Positions 17,571 through 26,823 of a stretch of DNA of 39,105 nucleotides are shown in pieces. Numbering within the stretch: position 1 is the stretch's first letter; each line of letters starts with the position of its first letter. A program made the position numbers and the translations under genes. A model generated the notes under the pieces. It searched no databases. It was not told the origin of the DNA and saw only the letters and a program-made list of their open reading frames with translations. The DNA comes from Planctomycetota bacterium (lineage in GTDB: Bacteria > Planctomycetota > JADGBV01): assembly GCA_015231345.1 (NCBI GenBank), contig JADGBV010000002.1:1-39105 (forward strand), given 5' to 3'.

Positions 17571-19805
17571 TTACAATCCAGTTTCCTTAAACTCAACTGC
17601 ATCAATATTAAAACCAGCACCATTAACGACTTCCAGTCTCAATATTTTATTGTTTCCACCTTCTACTGTTACATTTGGAAAAGTCACAATCCCTTGTTTC
17701 CCCCAGTTTCCTTGGTGAGTCAGTCCATCAATCACGGCAAGAACTTCACCGTCGAGGCTGACTTGTAAGGCCCCAGGGGTAGAAACGGCACAAAAATATA
17801 AGAAGTCAATATCATATATGCCTGCAGTGACGTTAACCGTATATTCTAACCACTCACCTTTCTTTAGATAGCCAACATTATAACCATTGCTTCCTTTATT
17901 CTTTTTTGTCACATCAACCATATCCTCAGGGCGAAAAGCACCATCTCCGCTCCTTTTATTATCGTCATTAAAAGCGAAGTCTTGACCTCCCTCATCATAA
18001 TGCTCACCTTCAATGAGGCCAGGAATGGTCATAGCGTTACCGCCAAATGGAGTTTGTTCAGGAGCAGGAGGAACACTTTTATGAATATCAAGCCCATAGA
18101 GCTCCACTGGTCCAATAACTGAAGCCAAAGAGATATCAAGCTGTCCGTCAGTTACACTGGTCGAAAAAGTTTCAATAAGTTCTGTGTCTTTGCCTGCTTT
18201 TGCATAAATATCAAAATTGCTACCAACCTGAACTCCTTCAACATCTATGTTGAATACACGTTCACCTACGTTATTATATTTGGTTTCAGCAAAATATAGA
18301 TTCACATCATAATCTCCATTCACTACAGGAACATGATAATCAAAAGCCGTTTTCCTGCGACAGGTACTATACAACTCCATGCCAGTAGTGCCTTCAATAA
18401 TTATTTTATTGCTTCGAGCATCTCCTCCTGCATAAAACCTATCAGGGGAAAACTCCATGCCCGTATCGGATGTAATGGCAGAACCACCACAATTTGCCTT
18501 AAACTTTTCTAGCTTGCTACTCGCTTTAATCTCATCAAGAGCATTTTTTAGTAATTCATAAGAGGCTAATTCGTCTGCAGCTAAGGACTCAATAGCAAGA
18601 GGACTTTTCTCTTTTGGATCGTTAATGATATCGTAAAAATTCCCTGTAATGTAGAGCTTATGCCTTTTATTTCGAGTATGCTGTTTTGCATTGGCATAAT
18701 TGGCAAATTTAGAATACCAGCAATAAATAAAATCCTTTGGATTGCCAATTTCTCCTTTAAGCTGAGGAAGAAAACTGACTCCCTCAATTTCAAGATCAGT
18801 AGGAATAGAAGCATTAGCGACTTCGCAAATGGTTGGCAAAACATCACTAAAGTCAATAAGGTCAAAACATTCGCTGTCTGGCATCACCATTCCATCCCAA
18901 CGAGAAATAAAAGGAACATGAGTCCCATTGTCTTTGGTTTTAGCTTTGCCGCCTTGGTAGGAAGCACCACGAAATTGAGAGGTGATTCCTTCAGATGTTC
19001 CATTATCGCCAGTGAAAATAATAATTGTATTTTCAGCAAGACCAAGTTCTTCTACTTTGGCCACAACTTTTCCTACCATTTTATCCATATAGGCAATCAT
19101 ATCAGCAAAATAGACTTTTTCGCCTTTGCCAAGCTCCCCCTGATAAGTTGGATCCCATTCTTCTGAATCAGGGGTTGGAGTCCATGGAGTATGAGGGAGC
19201 AACATGGGGTAATAGGCAAAAAAAGGAACATCTTTATTCTCTTCGATGAAGTCACAAATAAAGTCACTCACTACATCTGGTCCGTATTCGCCATCATTAA
19301 ACTTATTCACAACTCCATTGTATTCAAGAGTAGGGTTGGAGTACCTAGTGTCGTGTCCATCATTATATGTTGCTCCTAGGGATTGTTGCCATAAGCATGA
19401 CTGTTCAAAACCAAAATGTTGAGCAGAATCACTATCGCTTCCTAATTGCCATTTTCCAGCAATGGCAGTTTTATATCCAGCATTTTTAAAAAGGGTTCCA
19501 AAGCTCACCTGACTTCTGTCAAGATTTCCAAATTTATAGTAATTTGTAGCATTAGATTTGCCAGTCATAATTTTTACACGAGAGGGCGTGCAGACGGGCT
19601 GGGCATGAACATGCTCAAAACGCATTCCATGCGAGGCAAGTTGATTAATATGAGGGGTTTGATAAGATGTGCCGCCGTAAGTTTCAATACATTCATAGCC
19701 TAGATCATCAGCCATAATAAGAACGACATTAGGTCTTTCAGCTGCTAACAAAGGCTGCAGTAAATACAGTAAAGGCAGAAGTGGACTAAGGTATTTTAAA
19801 ATCAT
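17571..19805 (-). CDS. Exported S1 sulfatase (type A) + malectin domain + C-terminal CBM6
   Basis: PNVVLIMADDLG, CTPSR, GKWQLG; malectin NCGG...LYFAE...GERVFNI; CBM6 IPGLIEGEHYDEGG...GEWLEYTV. Confidence 0.92.
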   Translation of the reverse strand: MILKYLSPLLPLLYLLQPLLAAERPNVVLIMADDLGYECIETYGGTSYQTPHINQLASHGMRFEHVHAQPVCTPSRVKIMTGKSNATNYYKFGNLDRSQVSFGTLFKNAGYKTAIAGKWQLGSDSDSAQHFGFEQSCLWQQSLGATYNDGHDTRYSNPTLEYNGVVNKFNDGEYGPDVVSDFICDFIEENKDVPFFAYYPMLLPHTPWTPTPDSEEWDPTYQGELGKGEKVYFADMIAYMDKMVGKVVAKVEELGLAENTIIIFTGDNGTSEGITSQFRGASYQGGKAKTKDNGTHVPFISRWDGMVMPDSECFDLIDFSDVLPTICEVANASIPTDLEIEGVSFLPQLKGEIGNPKDFIYCWYSKFANYANAKQHTRNKRHKLYITGNFYDIINDPKEKSPLAIESLAADELASYELLKNALDEIKASSKLEKFKANCGGSAITSDTGMEFSPDRFYAGGDARSNKIIIEGTTGMELYSTCRRKTAFDYHVPVVNGDYDVNLYFAETKYNNVGERVFNIDVEGVQVGSNFDIYAKAGKDTELIETFSTSVTDGQLDISLASVIGPVELYGLDIHKSVPPAPEQTPFGGNAMTIPGLIEGEHYDEGGQDFAFNDDNKRSGDGAFRPEDMVDVTKKNKGSNGYNVGYLKKGEWLEYTVNVTAGIYDIDFLYFCAVSTPGALQVSLDGEVLAVIDGLTHQGNWGKQGIVTFPNVTVEGGNNKILRLEVVNGAGFNIDAVEFKETGL

Positions 19806-19887
19806 TATAATTCCTTTCTTAAAAGAGTTTAAAAAATGATAATAATTAATGAATATACCTTTAAAATAACCCGAAAAATTTCAAAAA

Positions 19888-19911
19888 CAATATGGTCGTT
19901 TGTCCATAATT
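19888..19911. promoter_or_regulatory. Palindromic operator, copy 1
   Basis: CAATATGG-TCGTTTGT-CCATAATT, 83 nt from the 19805 start codon. Confidence 0.8.
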
Positions 19912-19922
19912 TCAGATATAAT

Positions 19923-21383
19923 TTACCTAACTAAAGCTTTTTCAGTTTCAATGGGATCTTCATCCCCCAATTCTGCCAAACGTTTCTTTAATTGAGCCTT
20001 CATTTTTTGAACCACACCTGCATATTCTGGGTTAAGAATTTCATTCTTGAGCTCATAGGGGTCGTTCTCGCGGTTATAGAATTCAAATTCAGGTCGGTGA
20101 TGTAGCTTATGAACCAAGTCTTTTGCATTATCGCTCGTGTTGGCTAATTTTACCCATGACGACCCTATATCATTTCTTGAAGAATCCTCTCCACTAAGTC
20201 TTTTTAGGGCCAATGAGAGAGTTAAGTTAGAAGTGATTCTTTTATAGTTAGGGTTATAGATTAAAGAGAAAGACTTATCGCGAATCACTCGTATAGGGAA
20301 TATGCGCTCATTATTATGAATAATATTGCAGTTAGTGAAAGCTCCGTAGACATACTGATGGACATCCTCAGACTTTCCTTCTAATAACTTCATAAAACTC
20401 TTACCATCACAGTCCCCTTCTGATAGTTTTCCCCCTGCTATCTCAACTAGAGTTGGAGTGATATCTGCAATGGAAATAAGTTCATCAATTTTGGACCCTG
20501 GCTGAATAAGCTCAGGGCAATGTGCCACCAAACCAGTGTGTAGGCCGTTATCATAACAGGTCCATTTAGCAAAGGGAAGTTGAGTTCCCTGTTCACTACA
20601 TACGATAAAAATCGTTTTACGCCAAAGCCCGCGACTTTCAAGCTCGATTCGAACCCTGCCTACCAATGTGTCAAAATTGGAAATTTCGGCGTAGTACCTT
20701 CTCATATTTTCACGTAAGATGGGAGTGTCTAGCCAGTAAGGTGGCACCTCAAGTTTTGAGGCGTCATACATAGAGGAATCCCCAGTTGTAAAAGGTGCGT
20801 GTGAATCATGAGAGGCGATAAAAAGGCAAAAAGGAGAATTGTCTTCAGCACAAGAATCCATGAAATTATTCGCAGCATTCATAAACTCATCATTTTCACC
20901 GTTATTATATTTTGTGGTTCTTTCAGTTTTATTCTTATTAGCTTTGAAACGTTCAAAGGGATATGCTTGTTTTGGCCCAATATGTCCTTTGCCAATTAAA
21001 GCTGTACGGTAACCCAAAGGTTTAAGGTAGTGAGCGATACTTTTAGTATCAGGAGTCGAAGAAGAATGGTTAGCTAGGGTGGTTGTACGCCAAGGAGTTC
21101 TTCCGGAATACAGTTCTTGTCGAAAAGGTGCACACATGGCCACTGTGCAATAGGCATTCTTAAAAATGACTCCTTGGTGAGCAAGTTTGTCTATATTGGG
21201 AGTTTTACAGTCCTTGCCTCCGTAAGCCCCCCAGGTATCACGGCTCATATCATCAGCCAACAGAAATACAATATTGGGCTTCTCTGCGCCATACACGGGG
21301 GCAAGCAAAATAAGGCCGAGAATAAAAATAAATAATCTAAATAACATCATAAATGATACGCTAAAAAATAAGATGATTGTCAT
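19923..21383 (-). CDS. Exported S1 sulfatase (type B, N-sulfoglucosamine sulfohydrolase-like); start probably 21383 or 21350, not 21440
   Basis: PNIVFLLADD, MCAPFRQELYSGR, GKGHIG, PPYWLDTP; signal peptide. The ORF-track start at 21440 lies inside the operator. Confidence 0.9.
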   Translation of the reverse strand: MTIILFFSVSFMMLFRLFIFILGLILLAPVYGAEKPNIVFLLADDMSRDTWGAYGGKDCKTPNIDKLAHQGVIFKNAYCTVAMCAPFRQELYSGRTPWRTTTLANHSSSTPDTKSIAHYLKPLGYRTALIGKGHIGPKQAYPFERFKANKNKTERTTKYNNGENDEFMNAANNFMDSCAEDNSPFCLFIASHDSHAPFTTGDSSMYDASKLEVPPYWLDTPILRENMRRYYAEISNFDTLVGRVRIELESRGLWRKTIFIVCSEQGTQLPFAKWTCYDNGLHTGLVAHCPELIQPGSKIDELISIADITPTLVEIAGGKLSEGDCDGKSFMKLLEGKSEDVHQYVYGAFTNCNIIHNNERIFPIRVIRDKSFSLIYNPNYKRITSNLTLSLALKRLSGEDSSRNDIGSSWVKLANTSDNAKDLVHKLHHRPEFEFYNRENDPYELKNEILNPEYAGVVQKMKAQLKKRLAELGDEDPIETEKALVR

Positions 21384-21437
21384 GATAATATAATCCTGAA
21401 AATCATACATACAGGCTATTGTAAAAATACATGTAAT

Positions 21438-21461
21438 CAATATGGTCGTTTAGCCATATTG
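21438..21461. promoter_or_regulatory. Palindromic operator, copy 2
   Basis: CAATATGG-TCGTTTAG-CCATATTG, perfect 8-bp arms. Confidence 0.85.
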
Positions 21462-21463
21462 CA

Positions 21464-21491
21464 GGTTCACTGGGAGTATTCCCAATGAACC
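21464..21491. terminator. Intergenic hairpin
   Basis: GGTTCACTGGGA-GTAT-TCCCAATGAACC; 12-bp stem with one G-U pair on the minus-strand RNA. Confidence 0.5.
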
Positions 21492-21497
21492 ATAATG

Positions 21498-21551
21498 ACT
21501 GCCACCCAAGTCTACAAAGCGAATAAGGCCTGTAATTTACTGGGTGACAGT
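21498..21551 (-). terminator. Long 3' hairpin, copy 1
   Basis: ACTGCCACCCA...TGGGTGACAGT outer stem, 24 nt downstream of the 1631-aa gene. Confidence 0.55.
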
Positions 21552-21575
21552 AATCGATAATTTAGAAGGAATCCA

Positions 21576-23123
21576 TCAATAGATGACTTCAAACTTGTTC
21601 AAGTTCCACCCTCCACCTGTAGCTTCAATACGCAAGGTATATTCACCGGCAGGCAGGTCGATATAGTGACTCACTGTGCCCCAGGTCTGCCAACCGCCGG
21701 TTGGAGGCCCATCAATACTACCAAGTACAGTTGTGCCAGACATCAGGTTTAATTGAATATTCTGTTGATTAGCGGCATATCGGTAGTCGATACGGTACTG
21801 ACCAGCAAGATCTACGCGAATGGAGTATTCCATCCAGTCACCGGGATCTATCCAACCGATATTTTTTCCTCCGCCTTCATCCTTACAGTTGTTGTTGATT
21901 CCTATTCCGTTCATGGCATTGTAGTTTTCTGCTTCGAATAAGGAAGGAGTCATCGGTGGAGGAGGAATATTGCTGTTATCTTCAACGATTTCAAACCAGT
22001 TGAAATTCCAGCCTCCAGCGTTTGCCTCTATGCGTAAAGTCAGTTCGCCGGCAGGCAGTTGTACATAGTGACTTACCGTATCCCAGGTTTGCCAGCCACC
22101 TGTTGGAGGACCGTCAATACTCCCCAGGACTGTTGAGCCTGACATCAGGTTTAATTGAATATTATTTTGATTGGCAGCATATCGGTAATCGATACGGTAT
22201 TCTCTAGCAACATCAACTCGAACTGAATATTCCATCCAATCTCCATTGCTTATCCAGCCAACATTTTGTCCGCCGTCAATATCCTGACAGTTGCTGGTGA
22301 GAATCCCGTTCATGGCATCATAATTTTCTGCCTCAATTTTAGCAGGAACTGCTCGTGGTGCTTCAGATATTTCAAGCCAGTTCAGGTTCCAGCCACCACC
22401 CGTAGCCTCGATACGCAAAGTATATTCACCAGCTGGCAAGCTAACATAGTGACTTGCCGTATCCCAGGTTTGCCAACCACCGGTTGGGGTGCTGTCAACA
22501 CTGCCGAGCAAGGTCGTTCCGGACAATAGATTCAGCTGTATATTATTTTGCTTGGCAGCGTATCGGTAGTCAATGCGATAATCGCCAGCAAGGTCAACTC
22601 GGATAGAATACTCCATCCAATCGCCAGCACCAATCCAACCAACATTTTGTCCGCCGCCAATGTCTTGGCAGTTATTGGTAAGAATGCCGCTCATTGTATC
22701 AAAATCCTCCGCTTCAATTTTAGCAGGAACTAGAGGAGCCGCTGCATTTTCATTAACAAATTCAAGCCAATTGAAGTTCCAATTAGCTCCGGTGGCCTCG
22801 ATGCGAAGAGTGTGATCGCCAGCTGGTAAGTCAACATAATGACTCACGGTTTGCCAGGACTGCTTACCACCAGTTGCAGGGCTATCAATACTGCCTAGGA
22901 TGGAAGCCCCCAATTTCAAGTCAAACAAGATATTCTCTTCTAGAGAAGCCACTCTATAGTCAACACGGTACTGAGTAGGAATATCAACACGAATAACGTA
23001 TTCAAGCCAATCGCCGGCATCAATCTTATCAACATTTTTCCCGCCATTAGCATCCATGCATCTTTTATTGATGCCCATTCCACTCATTCCTAGGTAATCT
23101 TCCGCTTCAATTTTAGCAGGGAC
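21576..23123 (-). repeat. Intragenic tandem CBM6-coding repeats (4 units, about 381-393 bp)
   Basis: VPAKIEAE units start at 23123, 22730 and 22349, with a final PSLFEAE unit; recurring near-identical DNA such as GCATATCGGTA[AG]TCGATACG. Confidence 0.9.
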
Positions 23124-26100
23124 AGGAATGGGGTCGTAGGTGCATTCTACAGAGTAGATACTCTCCTCGCCGTTCAAATCAACTGCTGTAACCGCAAAAA
23201 AGTAACTATTGTTTATCAGGTCAAGTTCACTGATTGTGCTGCTTGTAACTCCAGCTGGCACCATGACCTTATTCTGATATTGGTATTGCTGAGGAAAAAA
23301 TTGAATATCTCGTGACTCCGTACCCCAGTAGACATAATAATGAGAGAGGTCTGTATCGTCTACCTCATCCCAGCTGACTGTGTTGGTGTCAGACTCAAAG
23401 ATTGGATTCTCTGGCTGAACGATGACAAAACACCTCTCTAGACTATTATTGCTAATATCAAGAGTAAGCACATCTATATCGTTCTGAAGCTCTGTCACAA
23501 TGGCTTGATTGTTTCCGGCTACATCATTCTCTTCGCTAATGTCTGTCGCCAAATCATAAAGTTCGAAAGTGTCACCATTTAGGTTCAGCTTCCATTTCTT
23601 ATTGTCAATATTCTTCCTAACCCCAGCAATTTTGGTGTTATTAGGTTTAACGTAGAAGAAACTTCTATCTGTCGATTCTAATGAAGGATTTTGCAAAAAT
23701 GGCAATAAGTTAATGCCGTCAATAACTCTGTCTTGCGGCAGCTCTATTTCATTTATGGCAGCAAAGGTGGGCAGTAAATCAATGGTGGATGTGATTTCAT
23801 CGGACACTGAACCAGCTGGTATCATATTCGGCCATTGCATGACACACGGCACCCTCTGTCCGCCTTCCCATGTTGAGAATTTCCCATCTCGTAGGGGGAA
23901 TGCTTTTCCGGCACTATCACCCTTGGAGAGCCATGGACCGTTATCGGAAGTAAAAACTACGAGCGTATTGTCCTCCAGTCCATTTTCTCTAAGAGTCCGT
24001 AACACTTCTCCCACACCCCAATCAATTTCCGTAATAATATCACCATAACGGTAATTCTTGGAACTGTACCGATCGGATGTGTTCTTGAACTCGTCCCTGC
24101 AATAAAGAGGGATATGAGGCATGGAGTGAGCTAAATAGAGAAAGAATGGTTTCCCTTCTTGTTTGCTTTGCTCAATAAAAGCCTGAGCTTCATTTGTATA
24201 CTTTTGTGTAAGATAGACCTGATCTACCGGCTGCTCAATAACTTCCGTATTACGGAATAGAGGAGTGCTTTTTCCGTTAAGTACATAGCCTCCCATGTCA
24301 TTGCTATATGGGACTCCATAGTAATAATCAAAGCCATTGTTTGTTGGTAGAAATTTGGGATGATCACCTAAATGCCATTTACCAATAGCAGCAGTATTAT
24401 AGCCTTTCGTTTTGAGCATATCTGCAACGGTGACTTCCTCTGGGGCGAAACCTTTGGCTGACTGAGGAAAAATAACGTTGGTTAAGCTCGACCTGGCAGG
24501 GTAACGACCGGTCAGCAGTGCTGCCCTTGAAGGTGTGCACACACTCGAGGCTACATAAAATTCGGATAATTTTACACCCTTATCTGCGATAGAATCAATA
24601 TTGGGTGTTTCAATTTTTTCATAACCCTGCTCGTCATTTGGGGTCCAAAAACATCCGACATCGTCATAGCCTTGGTCATCAGTAAAAATAACAACAATAT
24701 TAGGCTCAGCGGGTGGCTCAGGGGGATGACTAATGTTAATAGCAAAAAGTTCAACGGTATCCACAACCGCTGTAAAGGATATTTCAAGTTTGTTGTCCGT
24801 TACAGTTGTCGAAAATGTTTCAATACACTCTGTTTCTTTGGGTACTTTTGCCAAGATATCATAATTTGTCGCTACAGAAAGGCCTTCGATGTCGATATTA
24901 AAAACTCGATCGCCAATATTGTTATGTTTTGTCTCGGCAAAGAATAACTCTACATTATACTCACCGTTTGCCATGGGAATGAAATAACTAAGATCAGATC
25001 CCTTTCGGCTTCCAGTATACAATTCTGCATTAGCAGTACCGGCAATTGTTTTACTATTTGTCGGTGTATTTCCGCCATCGTAAAACCTGTCAGGGGCAAA
25101 TGTAATGCCACTATCAGACTCAACAACAGAACCACCACAGTTAATAGAGAATTGTTCGACTTGGCTTTCAAGAATTATATCGTTGAGAGCATCATTTAAC
25201 ATGGTGTATGAGGCTTGTTCTGCGAGATCTAGAGAATTGATATCAAGAGGTGTTTTTTCATTTGGGTCAGCAACAACATCATAAAAATTACCCGTTATAT
25301 ATAGCCTGTGTGTTTTGTTTCTAGTATACTGTTTGGCACTGTCGTATACGGCAAATTTAGAATACCAGCCATAAATCCAATCCTTTGGCGTGCCCTCTTC
25401 CCCTTTTAACTGAGGAAGGAAACTGATGCCATCAATTTCAACATCAGTAGATAGTGGGACATCACCAGCTTCACAAATCGTTGGTAAAATATCGCCAAAG
25501 TCAATCAGATCAAAACACTCGCTGTCTGGATTGATCACACCATCCCAACGAGCTACAAAAGGAACGTGCGTTCCTCTATCTTTTGTAAATGACTTACCGC
25601 CTTGATAAGGCTGACCTCTATATTGGGAGGTGATTCCCAGTGCGGTCCCATTATCACCAGTAAAGATGATTAATGTATTTTCCCCTAAGCCTAGTTCTTC
25701 TACTTTGGCAACGACTTTACCAACCATCTTATCCATATAGGCCACCATATCTTCAAAGTAGATCTTATCACCACCTGCTTGAACAATTTCATTAACCTGG
25801 CCCCACTCCTCAGAATCCGGTGTCGGAACAAAAGGGCTGTGGGGAAGCATCATAGGGTAGTAAGCAAAAAAGGGTACATCCTGATTTTCTTCAATAAAAT
25901 CACAAATATAGTCATTGACGATATCTGGGCCGTACTCACCACTCGTGTAATCAACGAGACCTGCATCATGATATTGCAGGAGGGGATTAGGGTACCTGTT
26001 GTCTTGGCCACCATATGTTGCTCCACGGGACTGTTGCCATAAGCAAGATTGATCAAAGCCGAAATGCTGAGGAGAGTCTTCTTCGGATCCCAGTTGCCAC

Positions 26101-26471
26101 TTCCCAGCAATCGCTGTTTTATAGCCGGCATTTTTGAAAAGTGTTCCAAAACTGACCTGACTTCTTTCAAGCGATCCGAATTTATAGTAATTTTTACGGT
26201 TAGAAATACCGGTCATGATTTTAACACGAGATGGCGTGCAAATCGGTTGAGCGTAGCAGTTCTCAAAGCGCATTCCTTGAGTCGCAAGAGTATCGATATA
26301 TGGGGTCTGGTAGGACTCTCCGCCATACTTTGTAATGCATTCTATGCCCAGATCATCGGCCATAATCAATATGACGTTTGGCTTTGATGTATTGGCAAAC
26401 GATACATGAGATTGGATTGTTATGAGTGCGCAGAGCATCCATACTATTGGTTTGAAATGATGAATTATCAT
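21576..26471 (-). CDS. Multidomain bi-sulfatase: S1 type A + malectin + S1 type C + FN3-like + 4x CBM6
   Basis: Two complete sulfatase signatures (MADDLG...ICTPSR; FTDDQG...VCTPSRAALLTGR); malectin LFFAE...GDRVFNI; FN3-like VSWD...YYVYWG...YFFAVTAVD; four [IF]EAE[DN][YF]...GDW[LM]EY...WQ[TS]W...NW/NK repeats. Confidence 0.93.
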   Translation of the reverse strand: MIIHHFKPIVWMLCALITIQSHVSFANTSKPNVILIMADDLGIECITKYGGESYQTPYIDTLATQGMRFENCYAQPICTPSRVKIMTGISNRKNYYKFGSLERSQVSFGTLFKNAGYKTAIAGKWQLGSEEDSPQHFGFDQSCLWQQSRGATYGGQDNRYPNPLLQYHDAGLVDYTSGEYGPDIVNDYICDFIEENQDVPFFAYYPMMLPHSPFVPTPDSEEWGQVNEIVQAGGDKIYFEDMVAYMDKMVGKVVAKVEELGLGENTLIIFTGDNGTALGITSQYRGQPYQGGKSFTKDRGTHVPFVARWDGVINPDSECFDLIDFGDILPTICEAGDVPLSTDVEIDGISFLPQLKGEEGTPKDWIYGWYSKFAVYDSAKQYTRNKTHRLYITGNFYDVVADPNEKTPLDINSLDLAEQASYTMLNDALNDIILESQVEQFSINCGGSVVESDSGITFAPDRFYDGGNTPTNSKTIAGTANAELYTGSRKGSDLSYFIPMANGEYNVELFFAETKHNNIGDRVFNIDIEGLSVATNYDILAKVPKETECIETFSTTVTDNKLEISFTAVVDTVELFAINISHPPEPPAEPNIVVIFTDDQGYDDVGCFWTPNDEQGYEKIETPNIDSIADKGVKLSEFYVASSVCTPSRAALLTGRYPARSSLTNVIFPQSAKGFAPEEVTVADMLKTKGYNTAAIGKWHLGDHPKFLPTNNGFDYYYGVPYSNDMGGYVLNGKSTPLFRNTEVIEQPVDQVYLTQKYTNEAQAFIEQSKQEGKPFFLYLAHSMPHIPLYCRDEFKNTSDRYSSKNYRYGDIITEIDWGVGEVLRTLRENGLEDNTLVVFTSDNGPWLSKGDSAGKAFPLRDGKFSTWEGGQRVPCVMQWPNMIPAGSVSDEITSTIDLLPTFAAINEIELPQDRVIDGINLLPFLQNPSLESTDRSFFYVKPNNTKIAGVRKNIDNKKWKLNLNGDTFELYDLATDISEENDVAGNNQAIVTELQNDIDVLTLDISNNSLERCFVIVQPENPIFESDTNTVSWDEVDDTDLSHYYVYWGTESRDIQFFPQQYQYQNKVMVPAGVTSSTISELDLINNSYFFAVTAVDLNGEESIYSVECTYDPIPVPAKIEAEDYLGMSGMGINKRCMDANGGKNVDKIDAGDWLEYVIRVDIPTQYRVDYRVASLEENILFDLKLGASILGSIDSPATGGKQSWQTVSHYVDLPAGDHTLRIEATGANWNFNWLEFVNENAAAPLVPAKIEAEDFDTMSGILTNNCQDIGGGQNVGWIGAGDWMEYSIRVDLAGDYRIDYRYAAKQNNIQLNLLSGTTLLGSVDSTPTGGWQTWDTASHYVSLPAGEYTLRIEATGGGWNLNWLEISEAPRAVPAKIEAENYDAMNGILTSNCQDIDGGQNVGWISNGDWMEYSVRVDVAREYRIDYRYAANQNNIQLNLMSGSTVLGSIDGPPTGGWQTWDTVSHYVQLPAGELTLRIEANAGGWNFNWFEIVEDNSNIPPPPMTPSLFEAENYNAMNGIGINNNCKDEGGGKNIGWIDPGDWMEYSIRVDLAGQYRIDYRYAANQQNIQLNLMSGTTVLGSIDGPPTGGWQTWGTVSHYIDLPAGEYTLRIEATGGGWNLNKFEVIY

Positions 26472-26546
26472 TTAACTATTCTCCTTAAAAGATTCCATAA
26501 GAACTAAAAATAAGTTGAAGTCTTTTTAACGGGAGACAAACATGCG

Positions 26547-26570
26547 CAATATGGTCGTTTAGCCAAACTA
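26547..26570. promoter_or_regulatory. Palindromic operator, copy 3
   Basis: CAATATGG-TCGTTTAG-CCAAACTA, 76 nt from the 26471 start; first 19 nt identical to copy 2. Confidence 0.75.
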
Positions 26571-26678
26571 TGATTGTGAGGACTAATCTAATAGATACCT
26601 TGTTTTGAGTCAAGAGATGTCTATGTTTATTTTATGCTTTGATCAGCAGGCTCAATGCTTGGATAAACTGTAGCCTCC

Positions 26679-26741
26679 AAAAAAAATGCCACCCAAGGAT
26701 AGCCAGATCCGAACACGGCATCTGCTATTTGGGTGACAGTA
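26679..26741 (-). terminator. Long 3' hairpin, copy 2, with U-tract (rho-independent terminator)
   Basis: Minus strand TACTGTCACCCAAATAGCAGATGCCGTGTTCGGATCTGGCTATCCTTGGGTGGCATTTTTTTT. Confidence 0.7.
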
Positions 26742-26752
26742 TTTACTATATT

Positions 26753-26796
26753 GCCTTTTTGAAAGTTAAGCTGGGGAAGCTACCTTTCAAAAAGGC
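26753..26796. terminator. Intergenic hairpin
   Basis: GCCTTTTTGAAAG...CTTTCAAAAAGGC, perfect 13-bp arms just after the 1042-aa gene stop. Confidence 0.55.
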
Positions 26797-26823
26797 TAAT
26801 TCTTGTGACTTTGCTGAGCTAAC

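Noticed and set aside
21384-21440. Upstream extension of the type B sulfatase
   Set aside because: The TTG start lies within the operator/promoter; the signal peptide begins later.
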